Source: Schizochytrium sp. TIO01
Lineage: Eukaryota; Protista; Bigyra: Labyrinthulomycetes
Reading direction: 5' to 3'
Length of the DNA stretch: 64,000 nucleotides
NCBI GenBank assembly: GCA_004764695.1
Contig: SMSO01000036.1
Span: 2,170,001-2,234,000, forward strand
Shown piece after piece: positions 1 to 11,353 of this stretch. The translations under genes and the position numbers were made by a program. Within the stretch, counting starts at the first letter, position 1. Each line of letters begins with the position of its first letter. A model generated the notes under the pieces. The model made no database searches. It saw only the letters and a list, made by a program, of their open reading frames with translations, and was not told where the DNA came from.

Positions 1-1
1 T

Positions 2-940
2 CTTGGCATTGCCTGTGTCATTTTTCTTCATATATCAAGACCCACCTTTGAAGTGCCAGTCCCTGCTGAGAGCAGCGTTCTTGTAACTGGAGCAAGCCGT
101 GGACTTGGAACTGCTGTCGTACAGGCTTATGCTGACCAAGGATTCCTTGTGTATGCTGGCGTTCGATCTGAGAGCGATGGTAGGAAGGTTGCAGAAGAAG
201 GCCGTGTAGTACCGATTCTTCTCGATGTCACTAAGCCTGAACAAGTCGCTGCTGCTCGAGATAAAATTGCCGCCGACAAGACTCGCAAGCTCATCGCAGT
301 GGTTGGCAATGCTGGCATTTTGGGCCCTGTGCGCCCTGCAGAGCTTGTCAGCCTTGACGAGTATCGGTGGATTTCGGATATCAACTACCTCGGAAATGTG
401 AACTTGGCCCACTATTTTGGTCCTCTTCTCCGTAAAAGTGGTGGTCGCTTTATCATGTCTAGCTCTGTACTTGCAAACGCCGTCATGCCTTTCTATGCAG
501 GGTATCAGGCCTCAAAGGTGGCTTGTGAGGTATTCCTTGAGACTTTTCGCAGAGAAAACCTCAAGATGGGAACCCCTGTAGCAGTGTCGTTGATTCGCAT
601 TGGGCTTACCAAAACGGACATGGTAACTGGCTGGACTGATCCTGTGGCCCCCAAATCTCCTTCTGATTTCAATGTAACAATGCCCCAGGACGACTTGGCG
701 TTTAGCTGGTATATTGAAAACTTTGACGACATGCAAGAGAAGCTGAGGACCACAACAGAGCAACATGCTGTCCCTGTGGAAGACGTTCAACCTGCATTTA
801 TTGATGCACTTATGTCTTCCAATCCTCTGACACGATACTATATTATGCCGGAACACAAGGTTCTCAGCTTTTTTATCCAGCTTCTTCCGGATCACATTAT
901 CGATATGCTTTATGCTCTATCTTTCTACACTAAAGTCTAA
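2..940 (+). CDS. Short-chain dehydrogenase/reductase (classical SDR, retinol/17beta-HSD-like), 5'-partial
   Basis: TGASRGLG Rossmann motif, GNAG motif and catalytic YQASK (YxxxK). The frame is open back to position 2 (LGIACVIFLHIS..., hydrophobic), so the true start lies upstream of the window and the GTG at 53 is not the start. Confidence 0.9.
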   Translation, partial: LGIACVIFLHISRPTFEVPVPAESSVLVTGASRGLGTAVVQAYADQGFLVYAGVRSESDGRKVAEEGRVVPILLDVTKPEQVAAARDKIAADKTRKLIAVVGNAGILGPVRPAELVSLDEYRWISDINYLGNVNLAHYFGPLLRKSGGRFIMSSSVLANAVMPFYAGYQASKVACEVFLETFRRENLKMGTPVAVSLIRIGLTKTDMVTGWTDPVAPKSPSDFNVTMPQDDLAFSWYIENFDDMQEKLRTTTEQHAVPVEDVQPAFIDALMSSNPLTRYYIMPEHKVLSFFIQLLPDHIIDMLYALSFYTKV

Positions 941-2137
941 GCAAAATTAGTATATATAAATCAATTATGTTTCGACACAACTATTACATAGGGGCGTTTA
1001 GGAAAAGTCCTAAACTCCCCATTCAGAAGCGCTCCTGAAATAAAATTCCAAGGTAGGAGAGGCCCCATCCCTCATTCAGAAAATTTGGAAAGAATATAGA
1101 ATATCGTCTGTTTTAAGGTTAATATATACAGAAACGACGTAATTTTGCAAATCCATAGTAAAGATTACCTTTTCGTATTTAGTAACACACACAGAAACAC
1201 TTTTCAGTTCTTTCCTAAGGCAAATGGAATTGTCATGTCGTCAGCTACTTAGTTGGCTTGTATTTTCTGCGTGTTGCATAAATCGAGTTTTCGTCGGCTG
1301 AATCACTTCGAAAACCGCAGAATGCACATATATTAATTATTTATTTTTCTAACCTTCTGGGACAGCAATCTCTGCTCCCACCCTCTCGTAATACTTAGTT
1401 TGGGTCACCTGAATTCCATCTCTCCGACCAATCTACTAAGCTAGCTATAAAAGCTTCTATCAAAAGCTCTAAGATTCAGTCTAGATAACACTTCGTTCCG
1501 GTTTTTGCATTTTTTCATTTTTTCATTTTATTTATTTATTTATTTATAGTACCTTTCAATTAAAATAATAAAATACTGGTAGTCTGAAATTGTATCGACT
1601 TGTGCTTGAGAACCAGAGTTGCCAGTCCAACCATTGCCAACTCGTGTTTTGGACTCGCTTCCCATGCATTGGCTTCATCCCATGATAAATTGCGAGCAGG
1701 GCTCGTACCTTAGCGGCAGTCAAAGTCATGGCCATTTTTAGACTACTTGGGACATTGAATTTCGCTGGCTCTAAAGAGCATGGTGTAGACTCTTATAATT
1801 TCGTATAGTTATTTATCAAGGACAAAGCTCTGGTGTACTAGCGCTGAATGATGGGCGTGGATTCAGAGTATCTGATGACCACTGTGGCATCCTTGTCAAT
1901 TTGCTCAAACTGGAGCTTATAGCAACAAAATTAAATTAAGAAAGAAGAACCAGCGATGTAATTATTACTTCAAATATAGATCATTCTTAAACGCTGCAAT
2001 TGAAGTTCACGAGAACTAGTCGGAGAAGCAAAACTGCAACTCGAAAATCCTCAATCGAAAGGAAGACAATCAAGAAATCAAGCATTCATCAAGGAATAAT
2101 TGAAGCAACGTAAAGACGATAAGCAAGAAGGATAACA

Positions 2138-3325
2138 ATGATGATGAGCTCTATCGCAGCGATTATCATGATGCTTGCTCTTGGCTCAGCATCTGGTACA
2201 CCTTGCGAAGTAACCTCCTCAACTTACTGTGCAAGTTGGATTATGAACCCAGGCGAAGAATATTCATCTGCGCCCTTCCTGGATCATATTCTAACTGACG
2301 TTCAGTCCATAGATATTGATGGCGACTACCTTCGTGTAGTTGCATCTGGAATTCCCAAGTTTGAGACACTTATTACAAACGAGGTATATGATACCCTAGA
2401 GTCTCGTCCAAAGGCGTCTAGCGACTTCCCAAATGGCATTCCCATTGTTCAAGTTGGGGATGAAGTTTCCTGGGGTACTAGTGTTGGTTATCAAGGAAGT
2501 CATGGTTGCGCTGATGGTTCGAGTGGGTATTGGCCGACAGGTCCAAGCTGCCCTGCTGGCGATAACAATAAGACAACCTACCTACCTTTACAGCCTCGAA
2601 AGACCTTCAAAAGGTGCTACCAGCCTATGGGGTCGATTGGACTATTTTCCAATGGTGTAAATTTCTTCGGGTATCTTGACGGTACAAGTTACAATGATGA
2701 GAGCATATGGAATAGCCTTGCCGTCAAATTTGAAGTTTACGATGTTGATATCAATGGCGGGCACGCCACAAATTACGGGCAATATCATATCCACGGTACG
2801 ACAAACATGCTCCCTGTTCTAAAAGGTGAGAATGGCACTGACCAGAAGAGCTCGGTGTGGGGTTTTGCTGCTGATGGCTATCCAATTCTAGGCCCTTATG
2901 TGAAAGATGGGGTTGTAGCTCAGTCTTGCTGGAAAGCTCGTGATTACTTTGACCCGGCCAAAGGAGGTTGTGGCTTTACAGGTGAGCGTACGTGTGTTCT
3001 GGTGGATATGTTCAATGTGTCTAAAGGCACAGTAGAAATCGATTTGATCGGACCCAATGTTACTACGACGGTGACTACGCAGTCAGACAACACGATTTCC
3101 AGTGAATCTGGCATTTACCTTGAGGACTATTACTATGACGCTTCCTGCACAGAGCAGGGTAATGAATATTTGGACGAGCATAATGGGCGTGTTGATCCCA
3201 AATTGGGCTATGTATATCATATGACCTCAGCTTTTCCTTACAATGTAGGTCCCACTTTCAGGGGCAAACTTCACTCTAATGGTCTTGTGGCCTCTTGTCA
3301 GACAACAACAACCTCAACCAACTAG
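2138..3325 (+). CDS. Secreted YHYH-domain protein
   Basis: Signal peptide (MMMSSIAAIIMMLALGSASG); YHYH-family motifs GxxxNGV, GGH...GQYHIHG, GFAADGYPILGPY and LDEHNGR...YVYHMT..FPY; several Cys. Confidence 0.8.
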   Translation: MMMSSIAAIIMMLALGSASGTPCEVTSSTYCASWIMNPGEEYSSAPFLDHILTDVQSIDIDGDYLRVVASGIPKFETLITNEVYDTLESRPKASSDFPNGIPIVQVGDEVSWGTSVGYQGSHGCADGSSGYWPTGPSCPAGDNNKTTYLPLQPRKTFKRCYQPMGSIGLFSNGVNFFGYLDGTSYNDESIWNSLAVKFEVYDVDINGGHATNYGQYHIHGTTNMLPVLKGENGTDQKSSVWGFAADGYPILGPYVKDGVVAQSCWKARDYFDPAKGGCGFTGERTCVLVDMFNVSKGTVEIDLIGPNVTTTVTTQSDNTISSESGIYLEDYYYDASCTEQGNEYLDEHNGRVDPKLGYVYHMTSAFPYNVGPTFRGKLHSNGLVASCQTTTTSTN

Positions 3326-3504
3326 ATGCTGCTAAAGAATTAGCTACGGTCTAATGACAGGATCTATTTTTAGACCTCTTCTTCAGGAATCTTCCTTTTC
3401 AAGATCGACAAGTTTGCAACGAAGAGGGAAGAAGAATAAAATTTCTAGGCAGTACTAAATATATCGAAGTAACCCATTTTAGCTTGGAAAGAAACTAGAA
3501 TTGT

Positions 3505-6500
3505 CTAAGCAAAGAAACGTGCTAGAAGACCTTGATGTTCAGGATGGAGAGCAGTTGTTTCTCCATTTCCTGTGTTGTTAGATTCCGCAAGCTCGGATAG
3601 AGCAACCCATTGTGCCCCTTCTGGGAGAATTCCAAGATTACCAAGCTCTGCTTCTATATCATTTTCGACATACACAGTTCCAATAAAGAGCTCAGTCTTT
3701 TCAAAAGGAAATGTAAGAGAAGATGGCGAGTCTCGCGATAGAGACTGAGGAATTAGAGAAAGAACTAAACCTGACACTTCTTGAGCTAGAACCTCGGCCA
3801 CATGTAAAGAGTTTTCACCACTGTATAATCTTTGGCAAGGGAGCTCAAACATATGATTGGAAGAAGCTGTTTGTGTTGGGGGGGAATGAGGAGCCCGAAT
3901 TTTCATCTTTGGCACCTTTATTTGGTGGTAAAAGAAGTACGCTTTTATCTTCTTCAGCACAACCCTGAGCAACAACAAGAAGCAAGACTCCACGGGATGA
4001 AGTACTGAGCAAAGCGTTAGCATTGTTACTTGTATGCGTAGATACTTCTCCGGGCCTGGTAACCGAACCGCTCATGAGTAGGACACCTGGACGTGCATGA
4101 TCGAAGTCAAACCCAAGATCTCGTGCCTTGCTAGCTCTATCAAGTTCTTCTGCGCCTAGACGGATCCATACGCGCTGCACATCTGGATTCATTCGCCATG
4201 CCTCTACGGAATGACGAAAGGCTACAGCAAATGCGTCGAGGTCGTCATATGGCTCATCCTTTGGAACTTGGAGGAGTTTACCCCCATGCCAGTCGGTGGC
4301 AAAGTCTGCAAGTGGTACTTCCTCCTTTAATGATAGAACTGAGTTGGCATGCTCTACTAACTTGGCAAGTTCTTTATCTTCGCTCAAGATTGTATGTGGA
4401 ATTTCATTGTCCATGCGGCGAGCTTCTTCTGCGGCATCAATTTCTGCGAGAGCATCAGTCAAAACTTGGAATTTTAGTAGAGGAATTCCATTTCTTAGAC
4501 GTTGGCGAATCGAATTGCGCCAAGATGTTTCCATTTGCTCTGCGTCCGCTAGTCTCTTTTCTTCATAATCTGCAGTTGCTTTGGCAAACTTTCGCTTAGC
4601 CGTACGACGAGCACCTGTGTCCATGTGAACAAAGCGCTTCAGCATGCGCTGAAACTCATTTTCAACAACTTCGGGTGGATCGTCCATGAGGACTTTGGCT
4701 TTGACTTGGCCGGCATTTGCAGCTGGTGATGTCCACTTTCGGCGGCGAGGAGACCAAGGCGGGGCATGAGGTCTGAGTCGGAACTCAACTTTCTTTTGAC
4801 CGTTGCTGGTTGTCGTGGTGATGCTCACACTTTCGCAACTGTCTTTGCTGCCAGCTGACATTGCCGTACCGGGGGGACAGGAAGATGTCGTAGCGTTTGA
4901 TTCACTTGCATCATCTTCGGCATCACTGTCGTTAGTTGTTATCTTAAGGGAGTGTCCCAAGGTCCATCGACTTTCGCATGAATTTTTCCGTTTGACTGGG
5001 CTGAGAGGTGGCATGCCAGGGCCACGACGTGGAGTTTGAGGACCTTCTTGTTTGGTAGCGATATTAGGTTGAAAACTGACTTCTTGAGGTTGGATCTGTA
5101 TAGCAACCTTTTTCTCAGATTTACTTCCCTCATTTTGCTGTTGTTGCTGCTCCATCGTTAGGGCTTGAGACAGTGGCTGGGCTTGAGCTTGAGGCTTGGG
5201 AGGGAAACCACGCTCTGGAAGTGGAGGCTTTCGTATAGAAGCAGTTACAGATGTATTAATGTGTTCATCGAGTTTCTTTTGAGGAGAATTGTTGCTTTCA
5301 TCACACCCACTTTCAGATGTAGAAAGGCTCATGGAGTCCTCACTTTCTGACCTCACGGAGCGTTGCTCTTTCCTTTTCTTCTTCATTTTCTTCTCACGTT
5401 TAGAAATTTTGACTTCCCAGCTTGCCTCGGCAATGAGAAATTGTTCATCATCGTCACCGGTGGGGCTTGCAGGCTGAGTTGGTCTGCCAACAACTCCAAG
5501 GGTTTGTGTAGACTCAACGAAAACTACATTTCCAGCAGTATCCTGCGCATCTTTGCTGTTAGAGATCTTAGAATTATCTGAGCGAAAATCTTGTCCTTTT
5601 TTCCGTTCGTAATGCTGAGCATTAGCAGATGTAGATGACGGTGTATCGATGTTCTGGGATGTAGAGACCTGCATCTTTTTTGAAGAAGAAGAAGAAGAAG
5701 AAGAAGAAGAAGAAGAAGAAGAAGAAGAAGAAGCTGGTTGTCCCTTGCTATTTGTACTAGAAGGAGCTGGGCTAGTGAGTTGCCCACGTTTTTTCTTCGC
5801 ATGGCTCTTCTTGAAAGGAGATGTTTTGTTGTTGGGATAAGCTCCGTTTGAACCGGATTTTGCGCTTTTTTTAGCCTTATTTGAAGTTTGAGCTTCGATA
5901 AGGCGAAAGTCGCGCTCGAGACGCTCAAAGTCCTTCTGAGCTAACTCTTTTGCCCTGCGGCAATCGTCGGCCTGCTTTTTGCGGGCAGCCTCCGCTTGAA
6001 TTCTTCGTGCTTCCTTTTCGGACTCTTTGTTCAGATGAAGGATGGCGAGATAGGAATCTGGACATTTTTCCTGTCGCGCCACTTCGCCGAGCGTAAGACC
6101 TTGGATAGTCCTGCTTCCGAATAAGCTAGGATAGTTATTAAAGAAAAATTTGAGCATTGCACCTTGGTTACAGCCTGCAGCTGTATGTGCTGCGTTCCAG
6201 CCTCGCTCTGCGTCACAGGCCATTGGGTTTGCGCCGCAGCGTAATAGAAGTTTGACAGCATCGGTGCGGCCCTTAGCTGTGGCGTAGAGCAGTGGCGTGA
6301 CATCGATTTTGGTTCGTGTGTCAACGTGCGCACCATGATCGAGAAGCCACTGCATAACTTCGATATGACCGTAACCAGAAGCCAAGTGAAGCGCCGTGTC
6401 TCCGCGGTCGTCTGCCGTATTGACGTCCACATGTTGTTCTTCGACAAGCCATTTGATGCATTCCAAGCGTCCAGCTGCGGATGCTTCGAGTATAGGTTCT

Positions 6501-6811
6501 CCGCCACGAGCGTCGCGAACGTTTACTGGCATACCTCCAATGCTCGTGAGTATTTTAAGCATGTCAAGATCGCCTTTTTCAGCAGCAATGTGGAGCAGAG
6601 TCAACCCGTCTTGATCGAGTTGGAAGAGCACTTTGTCATCTGACTCGGGACCGACGTGGGCTGATGATTGAAAAATGCGCTTGACCTCAAGAGCGGCACC
6701 TTTTTGAACAAGTTCACGGAGGTTGCGAGTGAAATCTGTCATGGCACAAGTGTGCTCCATGGGTACAGCTTCGTAATTCATAATTGAGGATTTGGCGGTG
6801 TTGGTCGCCAT
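3505..6811 (-). CDS. Ankyrin-repeat protein with long low-complexity linker and C-terminal NUDT6-like pre-Nudix plus degenerate Nudix domain; one frameshift at 3878-3884
   Basis: About 5 ankyrin repeats (GLTLLHIAA, GDTALHLAS, TPLLYA, GWNAAHTAA), a coiled coil and a poly-Ser tract. Pre-Nudix-like FRHSVEAW...VWIRL...GFDFDHA. ORF 3505..4023 continues with FELPCQRLYSGENSLHVAEVLAQEVSGL (Nudix-box-like) if one base is removed from the G7 run. Confidence 0.75.
5682..5732. repeat. (GAA)17 microsatellite encoding poly-Ser on the minus strand
   Basis: Perfect trinucleotide run inside the ankyrin CDS. Confidence 0.95.
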
Positions 6812-7939
6812 TACTAGCTAGAATAGGATACTGGGAGTCTGCGTAGCCGGCTCGCGTATTATAAATTAAGTCTTTTCAGAACCTTTGACAAAATTGAAAC
6901 GGAAAATCCTTGCGGTCTAACTTTTGAAATATGATATTGACCAAGTCTGAGCTCGTTAGTCCTGATATTTTTGTATTTTTCCCGTCGACAATTCTTTGCT
7001 GCGAGTTAGGTTTCATCAAGATACAATTGATCCTGGCTAAATACATATTCTCTGCTCTATCGCCCACTTGGTTTTAACTTAGCGAAACGCTCCTCTGTCT
7101 TCGTGATGGCTGCCTCGCTAACTTACCCTGTCTACCGATGCCAACAGTAACTTTGGCCTGATGACGCTTTCTTACAGACTTTCAACGAAACGAGGAGCCC
7201 AGCAGCTTCTTTTAGAAGTTGGCGGCTCCCAGCGCGAAGGCGAAGCGGGCACCACCTCGCGATCCCAAGTTTTTCAAGCGTATCACTTCGCTTGTCTTTC
7301 GCAAATGTACGAATGCGCGAATTGCGAAATCAACGCAAGTCCCGCGAGTCCCAATTCCTTCTGTACTACTTTTTTTTGTTTCGTTTTTTTATCATTTTCA
7401 TCATCCCATTATTATTATGGTTCTCTCTAAGAATAAAAAATAAATAAAATAAATAAAATAAACGTAGTTAGTAGGTACTACTATTGCAATGTTGAAATTA
7501 GCACTACAAATCACTCATGAAATGAGGCTACCAGCTGTTTTTGTTTATGCTATTCACGTTATCATGATGACATGGCCTACTATTAACATGATATTTATTT
7601 TAACAAAAACCAAAACTAAAACTAAAACCAAAAATCAAAACTAAAAACTAATAATAACAAGAATAATCCGGCAGGTCATTTAGAAACGTACATTTTTCAC
7701 TCCTAGTTCTTCTCTTAGGCATCGCTTATTCTCTCACCTCTACTCATCAAGCTGTTATTAAATTGCGTTTTGTATGTTTGCACTTGATCCAATGCCCTTC
7801 AACCAACTTAAACAGGAAAACGTTGGAGCGCACTTCGTTCTTCTTTAACGGAATAACAATTCGGCGCGTTTGTGCGCCGTAACTTACCCTGAACAACCCC
7901 TTTGCCTCCATATTTGCGTTGCCCAAAAACACCCCTCTT

Positions 7940-7965
7940 CATACATACATACATACATACATACA
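7940..7965. repeat. (CATA)n microsatellite
   Basis: catacatacatacatacatacataca. Confidence 0.9.
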
Positions 7966-9099
7966 GCCTAAAGAAGTTAGCTGGTCTTCATGTAACCGCT
8001 ATCTACTGTTTACTATAACCTGTGGTATCGTGTAGCGTTTTCACTATACATACGGTGCTATGCGGTGCTCCTATAACATTGCTAGGCGGAATCCTACCTA
8101 AACTTGATTGGGCTCCAATGGACGGTGGTGGCGTTTGGTAGCCTTGGGCTATAGAAAAGGGTAGCACGCTGCTTAAGAGGGGGGATAGCACGATATTGGT
8201 TTTGTTAGGGGTGCTAAGGAGGCGAGGTAGTTAGCTTCTCTTCAGGATTTCTGCATTTCATGACGGATGATTTGGACGATGGAGCTGTCTATGGTCGCAG
8301 CTTGACCATGAGCGTGCTGCTGCTGGTGGTGCTGGTGGTGGTGGTGAGAACCTTGCAAGAGCTTGTAATTTCTGCGAAAATCTGCCAAAAAATCTGCCCA
8401 AAAATCGCCTCATGAGACCCTGAAACACCGGGCGAATGCAGGAATACATCGCTCAGGAATTAATTGACTTGACTTGAAGAATTTGCAAACGGCACATGCA
8501 CAGCGAAATGAAGTTTATGAAATTTACCACGATGGTGGCCACTTAGCTCGCTTGCTAGTTTGCTGCTGTCACATGAGCAAGAGAATCAAACTTTGGCAGC
8601 CAAAGCGTGGCGGAGTCGACGAGCGCATTATGAGCGTGTGTCTTGGCGGAGTGGTTGATCACTCAGGTGGTCTTGGAGCCGTGCGTATTGTGTCTACCAA
8701 TGATAGCCAACAATCCGCCACCTCAATCGACCAAGAGCACTTGGAAGTGGTTTATAGAATGGGCATACAGTGGAGTATTTATTTATAAAGTAGACAATTG
8801 CAGTGGCGTACTATAGAGCAATTGGTCGTATACTGTAGAGTATCACTCTTGGCCGACACTCAATCGTCACCATCGCCGCCCTCCTCAAGTATCTGCGGCT
8901 TGTTGTTCTCGTGTGCCCCCTTCTCTAGACCTCATCCTCGCTGCCTCGGATCGCAGGCGAGTGAGTGATTGATCGACCGAAGTATCCGTCGATCGAGCGA
9001 GCTTTGCTCTCCGTTGCTAAGTCTCCGTGCCTTGCTCTTCGACTTGAGATCGAAGGCATCTGCAAATCCATAACTAAGTAGTCTATCTCCAAGGCGATC

Positions 9100-10806
9100 A
9101 TGGCGTCCTTCCCTCTCCCCGAGGTGCACGTGAACATCGAGGGCTGGGGTCCCACGACCCTCCCCGAGAAGTTCGTGCGTCTTCCTTTCGCAAGCTTCGG
9201 TAAGAACGACCGTCTCGGCCGTGCCGCAGACTTCTCCGCGTCCAAATTCGGCCGTGGTCGCTTCCAGCGCGAGCGGGAGGCGCAGCAGGAGCGCGAGCGC
9301 AGCAACAACGATGGCGAAGCGGAAGCCTCGTTCCAGATGGTCGAGGACCCCGACAAGAAGGCCAAGAACATGCGCTCCATGCGTGGAAGGTCCTTCAGAG
9401 GCCGTTACCAGAGCAACCGCAGGTGGATCGCCAAGCGCAACGAGGCCGAGCCGGAGAAGTTGCTCCAGGGCAAGAAGGCCAAGTACCTTGTGCAGCACGC
9501 CAGACGTGGCAAGCAGTGGAAGGGTCGCCGTGGAGGCCCTGCCAGACAGAGGTTCAACCAGCGCAACTTGCCCACCGTGGAGCCTTCGATCAAGGTTGGT
9601 GCAGAATGGCGCAAGCTTGAGGAGTTTGAGCTGCCGGCATTGACTAAGCTTCAGATGGCACCGCCCAAGGCAGAGGACCTCAAGACCTGCGGTCACCTCT
9701 ACCGTTATGATGACAAGTTCGACCGCGTGAGCACCAGACTCCCGCTCAAACTTCAGAGATTCAACAAGGTGCAGTTCAACGCTACCACCACTATCGACGA
9801 TCCCGTCATTCAGGAGTACGCTCAGGAGTACGCTCGCAAGGGAGGCAACGAACGCGTGCTCTTTGCCACAGATGAACTCCTCGCACACCTTATGGCTTCC
9901 CCGAGGTCTGTTAACCCGTGGGACGTGTACTTCACTCGCATGGAGAATGGACTTATGTTCCTCGATAAACGCGAGGACTCCGGCCTCGAGATGCTCTCAG
10001 TGAATGAGACTGTGTCGCAGCGCCAGGTTCAGGACAACGAGAAGCTTACCATTGCGGCCTACGACCAGCCGGACAAGCTCTCTATTGAGGCTTCTGCCAT
10101 CAACCAGAGTTTTTCGCAGCAGGCTGTCAACAAGGAAGGCAAGCAGAAGACCTTCGCCGCGCCGAACCCGTTTTGGGATGCCGAGGAGGAGGAGCCTGGT
10201 ACGGAGCCGGCATCCTTTGCGTACAAGTACCGCAAGTGGAAGCTCGCTGATGACTTTACGCTGATTGCCCGAACGGAGGTTCATGGCTACATGCGCAAGA
10301 ACCTTCCGGGTAAGAAGGGCAACAACTACCTGACCATGTTTGCCATCAACGAGGCAAACCCCAAGATCTCTGGCGCACAGCCGTGGCGCTCTAAGATTGA
10401 CTCTGCTCGCGGAGCTGTCATTGCTACTGAGCTTAAGAACAACGCATGCAAGATGGGCAAGTGGACCGCACAGTCCCTCGTCTCCGGTGTGGACTTCATG
10501 AAGCTCGGATTCGTGAGCCGTGCAAGTGTCAAGGACCCCTTCAACCACGTTGTTATTGCCACCCAGAGCTACAAGCCCAAGGACTTTGCCGCGCAGATCA
10601 ACCTCCAGGAGACCAACATGTGGGGCATCATCAAGTCTCTCGCCGACATCATCTACAAGCAGCCCGCCGGAAAGTACGTCTTGCTCAAGGACCCTAACAA
10701 GCCTGTTATCCAGATCTACGCTGTGCCCATGTCCTACGCCGAGCAGGACAGTGAGGACGAAGAAGAAGAAGACGAAGAGGACTACGACGAAGAGTACGAG
10801 CAGTAA
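9100..10806 (+). CDS. EIF3D: Eukaryotic translation initiation factor 3 subunit D
   Basis: N-terminal GWGP...PFASFGKNDRLGRAADF, TTIDDPVI, ATDELLAHLMASPRSVNPWD, ATELKNNACKMGKW, GKYVLLKDPNKP and an acidic tail. Strong C/G-ending codon bias. Confidence 0.97.
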   Translation: MASFPLPEVHVNIEGWGPTTLPEKFVRLPFASFGKNDRLGRAADFSASKFGRGRFQREREAQQERERSNNDGEAEASFQMVEDPDKKAKNMRSMRGRSFRGRYQSNRRWIAKRNEAEPEKLLQGKKAKYLVQHARRGKQWKGRRGGPARQRFNQRNLPTVEPSIKVGAEWRKLEEFELPALTKLQMAPPKAEDLKTCGHLYRYDDKFDRVSTRLPLKLQRFNKVQFNATTTIDDPVIQEYAQEYARKGGNERVLFATDELLAHLMASPRSVNPWDVYFTRMENGLMFLDKREDSGLEMLSVNETVSQRQVQDNEKLTIAAYDQPDKLSIEASAINQSFSQQAVNKEGKQKTFAAPNPFWDAEEEEPGTEPASFAYKYRKWKLADDFTLIARTEVHGYMRKNLPGKKGNNYLTMFAINEANPKISGAQPWRSKIDSARGAVIATELKNNACKMGKWTAQSLVSGVDFMKLGFVSRASVKDPFNHVVIATQSYKPKDFAAQINLQETNMWGIIKSLADIIYKQPAGKYVLLKDPNKPVIQIYAVPMSYAEQDSEDEEEEDEEDYDEEYEQ

Positions 10807-11353
10807 TCAACCCCCAATCAACCCTAACCATTTAACAAAACAACCAACACTATTCATTCTTTTACTTGTTTATCTACTCGTCTTACTATTGCACGTGCTC
10901 TCTTAATTTGCTTTACTTCGTTAGTTGCTTTGTTATAGCGCAAAATAACTATGTAAAGCTACAATCCCTACGAACAATCAGGTATGGGCATTTCATCAAT
11001 ATCAATTGTTATTATGCACAACACAAAGCCCCATAATGCCAACCTTGAAATTGAAGTAACTACTTTTCATTACAGATTCATCCAAACTAATTCCCCTCAC
11101 AACACTCGATTGCACAAGCTTAATATATGAACGCAACAATAGCTTCTCCTTCAAAAATGAAGAAAAGAAAATTACTCAAACAAAAATATCACATAAAAAC
11201 GCGACACAAAGAGATATATCGAACTCGAAAGAATATGTTACAGAGTCGACGACCATCAAAAAACCCAATGTTTGGAATCTGTGTACTTTACCAAATCTAA
11301 TTGTTCTACCAAAAGAACAAGAGAATGGTAGGTTGAATTTTGAAGAACAAGAT

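Noticed and set aside
8925-10906. Long antisense and alternate-frame ORFs over EIF3D (and likewise over 22170-22697, 32828-33346 and SelO)
   Set aside because: Expected shadows of strong codon bias and repeats; no independent motifs.
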